This document shows, piece by piece, positions 39,977 through 48,626 of a DNA stretch of 61,953 bases (positions within the stretch are counted from its first letter, which is position 1; each line of letters begins with the position of its first letter). The stretch is from assembly GCA_046485205.1 (NCBI GenBank), contig JAWOHK010000057.1, forward strand, positions 1 to 61,953, read 5' to 3'. Position numbers and translations under genes: made by a program. The DNA comes from Chloroflexota bacterium. GTDB lineage: Bacteria; Chloroflexota; Anaerolineae; Promineifilales; Promineifilaceae. The notes under the pieces are model-generated. The model had not been told where the DNA came from and ran no database searches. It saw only the letters and a program-made list of their open reading frames with translations.

Positions 39977-41110
39977 ATGGATAACACGCGCATAACTTCC
40001 TTTGATAATGTCTACGACGGCCTGCCGGTTTTGGTCACAGGCCACACCGGTTTCAAAGGCTCATGGCTGGTCACCTGGCTGCTGGAGCTGGGCGCGCAGG
40101 TCATTGGGTTCAGCCTCCCGGAGCCGCCCACGCGGCCGAGCACCTTCGTCGCCGCCCGGCTGGCGGAGCGCATCACCGATGTGCGCGGGGACATTCGCGA
40201 TCTGGATGCTCTGCGTGACACCATCGTCAGCCACCGGCCGCAAATCGCCTTTCACCTGGCCGCCCAACCCATCGTCCTGCGCTCAGTCGAACTGCCCAAA
40301 TTGACGATTGACACCAATGCTGGCGGAACCGTCAATGTGCTGGAAGCCATTCGCACGACTGACAGCGTGAGCGCCCTGGTCAGCATCACGACCGACAAGG
40401 TTTATGAAAACCAGGAGTGGCTCTGGGGTTACCGGGAGGCCGACCAGCTTGGCGGGCACGATCCCTATAGTGCCAGCAAGGCCATGGCTGAACTGGCTAT
40501 CGCCGCCTATCGCAGTACTTATTTCCGGCCGGACGCCTATGGCCGGGAGCATCAGGTAGCCGTCGCCTCGACCCGGGCGGGCAATGTCATCGGCGGCGGG
40601 GATTTCGCCGATTTTCGGCTCGTGCCAGATTGCATGAAAGCCTTGATGGAAGGCCGGCCCATCGGCGTCCGCAACCCGTTGAGCGTCCGGCCGTGGCAGC
40701 ACGTGCTGGAACCACTCAGCGGCTATTTGTGGCTGGGGGCCAGGTTGTTTCGTGAGGGGCCGGCTTTCGGAGAAGCCTGGAATTTCGGCCCGCTGGAACA
40801 AAAAGGTGTGCCCGCCCGCGATTTGGCGGACAAACTCGTCGAGCTGTGGGGCGGCGGCTCCTGGGTTCACACCCATCCGGGGTATGCTGAGGTAGAGACA
40901 GGCCAGTTGCGTCTTAGTTGGGACAAGGCTGCCCACCGGCTGAACTGGCGGCCGGTTTACACCTGGGTGGATGCTCTGGCCGAGATCACCGGCTGGTTCA
41001 AGGCTTACCAGGCCGGGGACGACATGCAAGCCGTAACCTTGCGACATATTCAACAATACATGGCGCGGGCCGGCGAACAAGGGCTTGACTGGACGGCGTC
41101 ACAAGCCTAG
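39977..41110 (+). CDS. rfbG: CDP-glucose 4,6-dehydratase
   Basis: VTGHTGFKGSWL, HLAAQPIV, TTDKVYEN, DPYSASK, RAGNVIGGGD, RPWQHVLEPLSGYL. Confidence 0.94.
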   Translation: MDNTRITSFDNVYDGLPVLVTGHTGFKGSWLVTWLLELGAQVIGFSLPEPPTRPSTFVAARLAERITDVRGDIRDLDALRDTIVSHRPQIAFHLAAQPIVLRSVELPKLTIDTNAGGTVNVLEAIRTTDSVSALVSITTDKVYENQEWLWGYREADQLGGHDPYSASKAMAELAIAAYRSTYFRPDAYGREHQVAVASTRAGNVIGGGDFADFRLVPDCMKALMEGRPIGVRNPLSVRPWQHVLEPLSGYLWLGARLFREGPAFGEAWNFGPLEQKGVPARDLADKLVELWGGGSWVHTHPGYAEVETGQLRLSWDKAAHRLNWRPVYTWVDALAEITGWFKAYQAGDDMQAVTLRHIQQYMARAGEQGLDWTASQA

Positions 41111-41131
41111 CCGTTCGGTAGGCCCTGGCCC

Positions 41132-42472
41132 ATGTCGTCGACTAAAAAAGCAGGTGTGGCGTTTCCGATCACCCTCCTGATCGGCTCTCTCGTCCTCCTC
41201 TACCTTCGGTTGAACCCGTTCGTCTTTTCCTGGACGGGAAGGATCCCCGTCGAGCGAATCGACTGGCGGCCATTATCTCTGGTCGATATTCCCATCAACA
41301 TCCTGGTGATCTTGCCGTTCGGGTTTGGGCTGGCGGGGACGTTGGCGCGGGCCGGCTGGTCGCGACCAGCCGTCGCCTGCGGCACGCTGATCTTCGGAGT
41401 TCTCATCTCCATCGTCCTGGAGAGCATGCAACTATTCATGCCCAATCGCGCGCCATCGCTGGCCGATGTGGCGGCCAACGCCCTCGGCCTGGCCTTGGGC
41501 TACGCCCTGTTCCGGGCTTGGGAAGACGGCTGGGCGCGTACCATTGATCGCACTGTCACCACCGCCAACCTTCTGGCTATTGTGGCCTTCTACGCTCTCT
41601 TCGCCGCGCTCCTGACGAATTATTTTTATAGGGCCGCCGAACTCCGTAATTGGGCCGCCGATTATCCGTTGAATATCGGCAGCGAAGCGGATGGAAGCCG
41701 GACGTGGAGCGGAAAAATTCTTGACCTCTTTTTTCTGGACCGTGAGATGGATGAAGGGGAGGCCGCCGCCGCTCTGGCAGGCGACTTGCCCGCCGATCTG
41801 CTGGCCCGCTATGACCTGACCGGCCGCGCGCCTTTTGTCGATGAAGCGGGCGTCCTGCCGCCATTGGCCTGGGGGGCAGGACCCATCAGCGCTCAGACCG
41901 GAACCGGCGTGATCGTTGGCGCCGGGGAATGGCTGGCGACCGGGAGGCCGGTCGCGGCTTTCTCACTCTCCGGCCGGGCCGCTAACGCTTTCACCATTGG
42001 TATTCGCGCCGTCCCGGCCGTGCCCCGTCAGGCCGGTCCGGCCCGGATCGCCTCTATCTCGTCCGACGTGAACTACCGTAATATCATGGCCGGCCAGCAC
42101 CGGGACCGGCTAGTCATCCGCCTGCGCACTCCCATGACTGGCGATAATGGCCAGCGCCCACAATTTATCGTGCCCGATGTCTTCACCGAATCCGGCCCCC
42201 GCACTATCATCGTCACTTACAACCACCCCATGCTTCAAGTTTATCTGGACCAACAACCTGAGCCGCAAGCGTTGTCTCTGGCACCGGGTTTCGCGTTCTT
42301 CGCCGCCCTTGCCGGCCGGACGCAGTGGTTCCAGGATTTGACCGGCCACCCCTATCGCTATGATCTCGCTTACTTGTTACTGCTGGTGGGCTTACCCGTA
42401 CTGGTAGTCGGCGAGCTGATGGGAGCTAAATACGTGGTTCGCAAATGGGGCAAGCCCGGCGATCGCCAATGA
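41132..42472 (+). CDS. VanZ family membrane protein fused to a LamG/ConA-like extracytoplasmic domain
   Basis: DIPINIL..LPFGF, E..Q.F.P.R..SL.DVAAN.LG (VanZ); YPL.IG.E....R.W.G.I, GPARI.SIS, G.....L..RLRTP. Confidence 0.75.
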   Translation: MSSTKKAGVAFPITLLIGSLVLLYLRLNPFVFSWTGRIPVERIDWRPLSLVDIPINILVILPFGFGLAGTLARAGWSRPAVACGTLIFGVLISIVLESMQLFMPNRAPSLADVAANALGLALGYALFRAWEDGWARTIDRTVTTANLLAIVAFYALFAALLTNYFYRAAELRNWAADYPLNIGSEADGSRTWSGKILDLFFLDREMDEGEAAAALAGDLPADLLARYDLTGRAPFVDEAGVLPPLAWGAGPISAQTGTGVIVGAGEWLATGRPVAAFSLSGRAANAFTIGIRAVPAVPRQAGPARIASISSDVNYRNIMAGQHRDRLVIRLRTPMTGDNGQRPQFIVPDVFTESGPRTIIVTYNHPMLQVYLDQQPEPQALSLAPGFAFFAALAGRTQWFQDLTGHPYRYDLAYLLLLVGLPVLVVGELMGAKYVVRKWGKPGDRQ

Positions 42473-42490
42473 CTGACAGTTAGCGCGAAT

Positions 42491-43222
42491 TTAATGCGTG
42501 AGGCTGGCCGCGGCGGCATGGTCCAGAAACCAGCGAACCTCGCCATTGCGCGGCCGGATTCGTTGCGCTGGCAGTTGCTCCGGGTCCGGCGGGCCTTCGA
42601 TAGTGCAGGCCACTGCCTCGGCCTTGCCGGCTCCGCCGGCCAGAAAGAATATCTGCCGGGCATCGTTCAACACGAGCGGGGTCAGGCTGACGCGGTTAGC
42701 CGGGCGACCGCCGTAATCGCCCGTCACCGCGATGACCGGTTCGACCGCCGGCGACGATCCCGGGAAAAGTGAGGCCGTGTGGCCGTCCTCCCCGAGGCCC
42801 AGGAGCACGAGGTCAAACCGCGGCCAGGAGTGCGGCGCGCCGGGATCGTGGGTCGCGCGAAAATCGCGCAAGACACAGGCGTAGTGCCCGGCGGCTTCGG
42901 CCGCCGCCAGTTCCCCTTTAATACGACGGACATGGGCCGCCGGAACCGGCACATGTTCGATCAAGGTTGCGTGGGCCTGTCCATAATTGCTCTCCTCATC
43001 GTCGGGCGGCACGAGACGCTCATCGCCCCAGAACAGGTGCACCCGCCGCCAGTCAAGCAGATTGGGCTCGGCCGCCAGTCGCCGGTAGAGGGCTTGCGGT
43101 GTGCTACCGCCGGACAGCACAAAGGTGGCGAGCCCGCGAGATTGAACGGCCGATTCGAGGGAGGCGACGACGAACGGCAGCGCTGCCGCGGCCAGATTAT
43201 CGCTGCGGATGATATCAGGCAT
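42491..43222 (-). CDS. pgl: 6-phosphogluconolactonase
   Basis: LSGGSTP, FWGDERLVPP, LLGLGEDGHTASLFP, RVSLT, LPA. Confidence 0.93.
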   Translation of the reverse strand: MPDIIRSDNLAAAALPFVVASLESAVQSRGLATFVLSGGSTPQALYRRLAAEPNLLDWRRVHLFWGDERLVPPDDEESNYGQAHATLIEHVPVPAAHVRRIKGELAAAEAAGHYACVLRDFRATHDPGAPHSWPRFDLVLLGLGEDGHTASLFPGSSPAVEPVIAVTGDYGGRPANRVSLTPLVLNDARQIFFLAGGAGKAEAVACTIEGPPDPEQLPAQRIRPRNGEVRWFLDHAAAASLTH

Positions 43223-44228
43223 TGACGTGGCCCATTTCATGGGTCATAGCCAGGGCATCATAGGCCGCCCCGTAAAGCGCCGTCTTGGGATTGAAGATCA
43301 CGTGAACCGGAATGCGCTCCATCATGTCCGTGAAACGGCCCTTGTCGATGAAGAACTTCATCAGAGGACCATTCTGTAACTGGGGCAGGATACGGGGCGG
43401 GATACCACCGCCCAGGTAGATACCGCCCGTAGCCAGGACCGTCAGAGCCAGATTGCCCGCCTGATCGCCCAATATTTCCATGAAAAGTTCCATGGTGGCG
43501 ATGCAGATGTCGGCTTCGCCGGCAATGGCGGCCTTGGCAATAACTGGTGTCATATCCGCCTTGCCGGCTAGCGCCTCTTGCAGCCAGGCTGGTTCCTCGA
43601 AGCGACCACTTTCACGCAGGAAAGTGTAAATATTAGGGATACCAATCCCGGAGCACACCCGTTCATAGCTGACGTGGCCCATGCGCGGCAGCCAGAAGTT
43701 GAGCATCTCCAGTTGCAACGGCGTCGTCGGGCCGAAGGCGCAGTGGCCGCCTTCTGACGGAAATGCTTCATAGCGCGTGCCGGTCCACACGAGGAACCCT
43801 TCGCCCAAACCAGTTCCCGGTGCGATGACCCCGACAGCGCCACGCGCGACTGGCTCGCCCTCATTGAGCGTTACCACGTCAGCGCCACTCAGGTAAGGCA
43901 CGGCGCAGGCGACCGCTTCCAGGTCGTTGAGCAGGTGGATGTGGAAACCGAAACGATCGCGAACGGCCGCGGCTTCGATCACCCAGGGCAAGTTAGTGAC
44001 CTGCGCCCGCCCGCCAACCACCGGCCCGGCCACGCCGAAGCTGCCGGCCGTGATCTCGTGGTCGTGTTCGCGCAGAAATTCTTCAATAATGAGTTCCAGG
44101 GTCTGGTACTGCTGGCTGGGAAACGTGCGCTCCAAAACGGGATGCCGGACGATCCCGTCCTCCTGTTCCTGAACCGAAAAGAGAGCGAGCACCGTCTTGG
44201 TGCCGCCGATGTCGCCTGCCAGTAACAT
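43215..44228 (-). CDS. glk: Glucokinase
   Basis: LAGDIGGTKT, GVAGPV, TNLPW, LLNDLEA, APGTGLGE, SEGGH, GGIYLGGGI. Confidence 0.94.
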   Translation of the reverse strand: MLLAGDIGGTKTVLALFSVQEQEDGIVRHPVLERTFPSQQYQTLELIIEEFLREHDHEITAGSFGVAGPVVGGRAQVTNLPWVIEAAAVRDRFGFHIHLLNDLEAVACAVPYLSGADVVTLNEGEPVARGAVGVIAPGTGLGEGFLVWTGTRYEAFPSEGGHCAFGPTTPLQLEMLNFWLPRMGHVSYERVCSGIGIPNIYTFLRESGRFEEPAWLQEALAGKADMTPVIAKAAIAGEADICIATMELFMEILGDQAGNLALTVLATGGIYLGGGIPPRILPQLQNGPLMKFFIDKGRFTDMMERIPVHVIFNPKTALYGAAYDALAMTHEMGHVNA

Positions 44229-44273
44229 AGTTCTCCCCAATAGTCCGGTTTTCGGACAGAAACCCGATTTTTT

Positions 44274-44558
44274 CTACTCTATGATTTTGATCATCCCATA
44301 AAAAGCGACATGATCCTTGATATTGCTAGCCGCGGGCTTAGGATCAGGATAATACCAGGCCGCATTCTGAACTTTCTCCCCATCGACGACAACATCGTAA
44401 TAACTGGCGACGCCCTTCCAGTGACAGGTTGTATGGCGATCGCTTTTCTGAAAGTATTGGCGATTGATGGATTCCGGCGGGAAATAATGATTTCCCTCGA
44501 CTATTTCCGTTTTGCCTGTTTCGGCAACAACCACATCATTCCACATCGCTTTAACCAT
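44274..44558 (-). CDS. DUF427 (NTF-like) protein
   Basis: VEGNHYFPP, TTCHWKGVASYY, AAWYYPDPK, IKDHVAF. Confidence 0.9.
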   Translation of the reverse strand: MVKAMWNDVVVAETGKTEIVEGNHYFPPESINRQYFQKSDRHTTCHWKGVASYYDVVVDGEKVQNAAWYYPDPKPAASNIKDHVAFYGMIKIIE

Positions 44559-44576
44559 GGTGCGATAATATCTCCT

Positions 44577-44900
44577 TTATGGTGAATCGTCCTCTGTTGT
44601 GATTTCGATGGCGCGAAGGAGCGCGTCAAGTTCTTCATGGCAATCAGGACACATCGCCAGATGGTGCTCCATCAAAGGCAATGTATCGTCAGCCAACAGG
44701 CGACCGGCCAGACACTCAACATACTGATCCAGCCGGTCGGCTACCTCAGCACAGGAGAGTTCGTCCTCGCGAGTATGGGCGAGAATCTGCATCAAACGGG
44801 TCAGCGTCGCTTCGTCCATTGGTATGGTCGCGGCCGACGAATCCGTTGCCGGAGCCGAGGCTCCAAGTATCTTTTTGAGTCTATCAATCAGGCTTGCCAT
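44577..44900 (-). CDS. Small soluble zinc-finger (ZAS/zf-HC2) anti-sigma-like protein
   Basis: LSCAEV...LDQY and HLAMCPDC (HxxxCxxC); directly downstream of an ECF sigma. Confidence 0.8.
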   Translation of the reverse strand: MASLIDRLKKILGASAPATDSSAATIPMDEATLTRLMQILAHTREDELSCAEVADRLDQYVECLAGRLLADDTLPLMEHHLAMCPDCHEELDALLRAIEITTEDDSP

Positions 44901-44968
44901 TCTCTTTCTCTGACGGTATGGCCGGTTCAATTCTTACACAAGGATTACATCCCCAGCAAACCGTCGTT

Positions 44969-45610
44969 TCACACTTGGGCAAAGGTCGCAATAACTTCCT
45001 CCGGGGTCAGGCCGTCTTCCGACAATCGCTCTTTCAGCCGTCGTCGCGCGTCAAACAGCAGCTTGTACATGGCGTTCTGGTTGGAATTCATCATGTAGGC
45101 CACTTCACTTAGCGGCTTGCCGTGGATCAGGAAGGCTACCATGGCGGTTCGTTGCCTGCCGGTCAATTCCTCATTGATCAACCGGACGACATAAGCGATC
45201 ATTTCGCGGCGTTCGACCGATTCTTCCGGTTGCGGCGAGGTATCGGCGATAAACGAGGGCGTGAAGTCGCCTTCGTCGGACTCGGTCAGTTGCTGGAGCG
45301 ATGCGTCGCGCCAGCGTTTGCGACGCAGTTCGGTAAGGGCGATATTGAGGGCGATTTTGTTGGCCCAGGTAGTAAACAAACTTCGGCCGGCAAACGAGTC
45401 CAGATTGTCAAGAACCTTGAGCAATGCATCCTGTACGAAATCATCGACCAGAGACTCGAACTCCGGCAGCGATGGATCAACCTGAGCCACCAGCCCACGC
45501 TTCAAACCATTAGACAGAATGGCGCGCAGATCCTCAAGCGCCCCGTCTCGCCGGGAGCCAGAAATGCGCAAATCTTCGAGCCATTCTTCGTTGGTGCGTG
45601 TCGCGCTCAT
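44969..45610 (-). CDS. ECF sigma-70 family factor
   Basis: DFVQDALLKV...LDSF.GRS.FTTW..KIA (region 2); LT.RQR..., EVA..M....NA.YKLL.DARRRLK (region 4). Confidence 0.92.
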   Translation of the reverse strand: MSATRTNEEWLEDLRISGSRRDGALEDLRAILSNGLKRGLVAQVDPSLPEFESLVDDFVQDALLKVLDNLDSFAGRSLFTTWANKIALNIALTELRRKRWRDASLQQLTESDEGDFTPSFIADTSPQPEESVERREMIAYVVRLINEELTGRQRTAMVAFLIHGKPLSEVAYMMNSNQNAMYKLLFDARRRLKERLSEDGLTPEEVIATFAQV

Positions 45611-45802
45611 ATTATCTAGATCGCTGCTAATTTTTACCGCTCAGACCACATCCCCAGCCACTTCTAATCCCAGTTCGGGATCTCCCCGTTCAACTCTGCC
45701 GGTTCAGGGCCATTATAATTGTAATCACGCCGGGGACGAACAAGCAATGAGATATCCTCAGGCTTGCCGGAAATTCACCAACCGGTCATGAATAGCCTTG
45801 AT

Positions 45803-46486
45803 TCACCCGGCCGGTCCAGAACGGATGGCCTTGTAATAATCACACTGCGGCTGCAGCGGGCAAACGGCGCATTTCGGGTTGCGAGCCCGGCACACAGCCC
45901 GCCCGTGGCGTATCAGGTTCATGTGCAGGGCATAATACGTTTCCGGCTCGCCTAATCCGGCCAATATCTGATGAGCCTTGTCGGCCGTGGTCCGGGGCGG
46001 GATCAATCCCAACCGCCCGCTTACCCGATGGACATGAGTATCGACCGGGAAGACCGGCCGGCCCAGCGAAAAGAGCAGCACAATCGATGCCGTCTTGGGG
46101 CCAACGCCCTCGATGCTGGTCAGCCAATCCATCGCTTCATCAAGCGGCATTTCGGCCAGAAAATCAAGTGACAATTCGCCGCGTTCCCGGTAAATGGTGC
46201 GTAAGGCATTTTGAATGCGCGGTCCTTTCATATTAGCCAGCCCAGCCGGACGGATCGTCGCAATCACGTCACCGATCGGGGCATTCATGACACTTTCCCA
46301 ATCGGTGTATCGCTCTCTCAGGGCCTGATAAGCGCGTTCGGTGTTGATGTCGGCCGTCGCCTGGGAGAGAATCGTGCTCACCAGTTCATCGAGTGGTGGC
46401 CCGTGGGACTGCCAGACAGGCTCGCCATACATTTCGTTCAGGCGGTGGAATACGGCCCGGTATTTCTCGCGCCGCGGATCGTTCAT
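45803..46486 (-). CDS. nth: Endonuclease III family HhH-GPD glycosylase with a 4Fe-4S cluster
   Basis: ILSQAT.D, GVGPKTA, FPVDTHVHR, C..RNPKC..CPL...C. Confidence 0.88.
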   Translation of the reverse strand: MNDPRREKYRAVFHRLNEMYGEPVWQSHGPPLDELVSTILSQATADINTERAYQALRERYTDWESVMNAPIGDVIATIRPAGLANMKGPRIQNALRTIYRERGELSLDFLAEMPLDEAMDWLTSIEGVGPKTASIVLLFSLGRPVFPVDTHVHRVSGRLGLIPPRTTADKAHQILAGLGEPETYYALHMNLIRHGRAVCRARNPKCAVCPLQPQCDYYKAIRSGPAG

Positions 46487-48258
46487 TTGGCATCTACCGC
46501 CCGGGCCTGGGCACGCTGGCGGCGACCGGTCAGACAGTCCAGCAGCGCTTGTCGAACGGACTCGCGTTCGGGCGGGCTCAGCCCGATCAGGTCAAAAACC
46601 AATTCGTCCAATCCCCAACGATCCAGGCGATTCAGATCGGCGACCGTCTCGGTGAGCGGTCGTTCGGCCAATTGCCGGAAACCCTGCACCAACCGGGCAC
46701 CCGTGGCCGGGTCAATGGCTCGTGGATCGGGTAATTCCACCTCGCTCAATTCGTAGGCCGCCAGCCACAAAACCCCCTCGCCCAGGTTCAGACGGCCGTG
46801 CAATTCGCACTGCAAGGCGAACCAGGCGCTGTTCAGCAACGCCGCCGCTACTTCGGGGTCGATGCCCGGTCCGAGCATCAGGCGATAAATTTGCTGGTCC
46901 ACGGCCATTGGCTCTTGAGGCAGAACGACAAAGTGGCGCTGCCAGATGCCCTTAGCCATCAGCAACGAGGCCGCCGGTTGTTCGGGAAGGCTATACCACG
47001 GCCGGCGTGCCCTGCAGGTCCGTCGCAGATGAATCCCTTGCGCCATGCCCCATTCCACGTACTCACCGGCGTGCGTTCCGGTCAGACTGGCATCGGCCGG
47101 GATGGCCAGCCATTCGTGGTCAGCTGCCATCCGGTCCGGCCGTAAATGGTCAACACCCCGTAGCGATTTGAGCAACGGCCGGCGGAATTCCGGCTCAATC
47201 GACCAGCGCTCAATTTGCTCGGGGTTCAAGTAAAAGAAATGGTTCGCCCCCGTCGTAAATCCGCGTTGAACTTCGGCCCACTGATGCAACGCAACCAGCG
47301 GGCGAGGCGGCCGGCGCTGCGTTACCTCCGGTGCGCGCCAAAACGCGCCCCAACGCGCGGACGGATCCAGCCGGGATTGTTCGTAGACGCGCACCGACAG
47401 GCTGCCGGTGCTGCGGTCGCCGGGCGGCAACAAACGGCCGACGAATTGCTCAACGGCGGCCACGCGGCGCGAATCCTCGGCCTCGCTATCGAGCAATTCA
47501 GGCAGAGGCCGTTGCAGACTGGCGAAACGCACCCGGTTGGCCGCGCGGGCGGCCGGGTCGGCGGACCGTTCGAGGATTATGACACAGGTATTGACGCCCG
47601 CTCCGGCAAACCAGCGTTCGACGGCCGATTCCACGACAGCCAGGATACGGAAGTTGTCGAGCAGGAATTGCTTCAACGCCCGGCCATAGGCGACATCGAG
47701 CCAGCCGTTCGGCACGACGAAACCCAACCGGCCGCCCTCGCGCAAGAAGGCCGCGCTGTGGAGAAAGAAATAGGCGTAGAGACCGGCGCGGCGGCTGAGC
47801 GTTGCACGAAATTCCTGTGTGAGTAATGGTCCTTGACCGGCCGGGCTTCGCTCCAGCACTTCGTCGGCAAAAAGGTGCAATTGGGCTTCGGCCGCGGCGT
47901 CAAGCCGTCCGATCCACTCAGCTCTGGTGTAAGGGGGATTGCCGATGACCGCGTCAAAAGGGGCGTACTCGCCGGGGTCGATCGTGAAGAAATTTGCCTG
48001 GCGGACATTGACGCCCGGCAAATCAATCGCTTCGGCTGATTCGGCGTCGAGTTCAACCCCATAGAGCGTTGGCGGCAACTCGACTGTCGAGGAAGACAGC
48101 CAGGCGCGCCAGCGGGTAGCCCGTCGGAGCAGCGCGCCATCCCCGCAACTGGGATCGAGCAACCGGTCTTCCGGGCGACGAAGGCAGAAACCCAATAACA
48201 GGTCGGCTACATCCGCCGGTGTGGCATACTGGCCCCAAGTGCGCTGTTTGCTGGTCAT
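46483..48258 (-). CDS. N6-adenine DNA methyltransferase (gamma class, Eco57I/TaqI-like M plus TRD), no cognate nuclease seen
   Basis: GQYATP, LLDPSCGDG (motif I), IGNPPY (motif IV), L..GGRLGF.V, RGFTTGAN.FF; ATGA overlap with nth. Confidence 0.88.
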   Translation of the reverse strand: MTSKQRTWGQYATPADVADLLLGFCLRRPEDRLLDPSCGDGALLRRATRWRAWLSSSTVELPPTLYGVELDAESAEAIDLPGVNVRQANFFTIDPGEYAPFDAVIGNPPYTRAEWIGRLDAAAEAQLHLFADEVLERSPAGQGPLLTQEFRATLSRRAGLYAYFFLHSAAFLREGGRLGFVVPNGWLDVAYGRALKQFLLDNFRILAVVESAVERWFAGAGVNTCVIILERSADPAARAANRVRFASLQRPLPELLDSEAEDSRRVAAVEQFVGRLLPPGDRSTGSLSVRVYEQSRLDPSARWGAFWRAPEVTQRRPPRPLVALHQWAEVQRGFTTGANHFFYLNPEQIERWSIEPEFRRPLLKSLRGVDHLRPDRMAADHEWLAIPADASLTGTHAGEYVEWGMAQGIHLRRTCRARRPWYSLPEQPAASLLMAKGIWQRHFVVLPQEPMAVDQQIYRLMLGPGIDPEVAAALLNSAWFALQCELHGRLNLGEGVLWLAAYELSEVELPDPRAIDPATGARLVQGFRQLAERPLTETVADLNRLDRWGLDELVFDLIGLSPPERESVRQALLDCLTGRRQRAQARAVDAK

Positions 48259-48276
48259 GATCCGGTTCGGGCGGCG

Positions 48277-48481
48277 AGCGGACCAAGATTTAGGGTCCGG
48301 GTCCGGCCTGCGTCTGAGGCATAAATCCGGCCACCCATGCGTCGATCCCTCGCTCGCCTGGGATTATACTACAAGGGCTATGACGGCGTTATCTTCAGCA
48401 GCCTTTTTGAAAGATTTGCCCGATATCACCCGGCCGTTGTTGCCGCCGAGGTTGCAGGGTTTCCAGGCGCGCTTCCACTAG
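48277..48481 (+). pseudogene. Copy 2 of the inverted duplication: promoter plus a 33-codon remnant of the 13058-13531 gene
   Basis: MTALSSAAFLKDLPDITRPLLPPRLQGFQARFH* (ATG 48380) versus MTALSTPAFLKGLPDITRPFLPPGLQGFQVRFPY. TAC->TAG stop, then similarity ends at a REP. Confidence 0.85.
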
Positions 48482-48489
48482 CCCCTCCC

Positions 48490-48553
48490 CGTCACGCAAG
48501 ATTCTTATCATGCGACTGTCCCCAAGAGAGTAAGATAAGAATCTTGCGCGACG
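48490..48553. repeat. REP-doublet element, family B copy 1
   Basis: cgtcacgcaagattcttatc ... gataagaatcttgcgcgacg (19/20 inverted match). Confidence 0.75.
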
Positions 48554-48626
48554 ATCCATGGGCAACTATAATACTTAATTATGAACCGTCATTTCACTAT
48601 GTGAACCAATGCTACAAGGAACAACC

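Noticed and set aside
46483-48258. Complete restriction-modification or BREX/DISARM defence system
   Set aside because: There are no nuclease, helicase, ATPase or specificity genes nearby.
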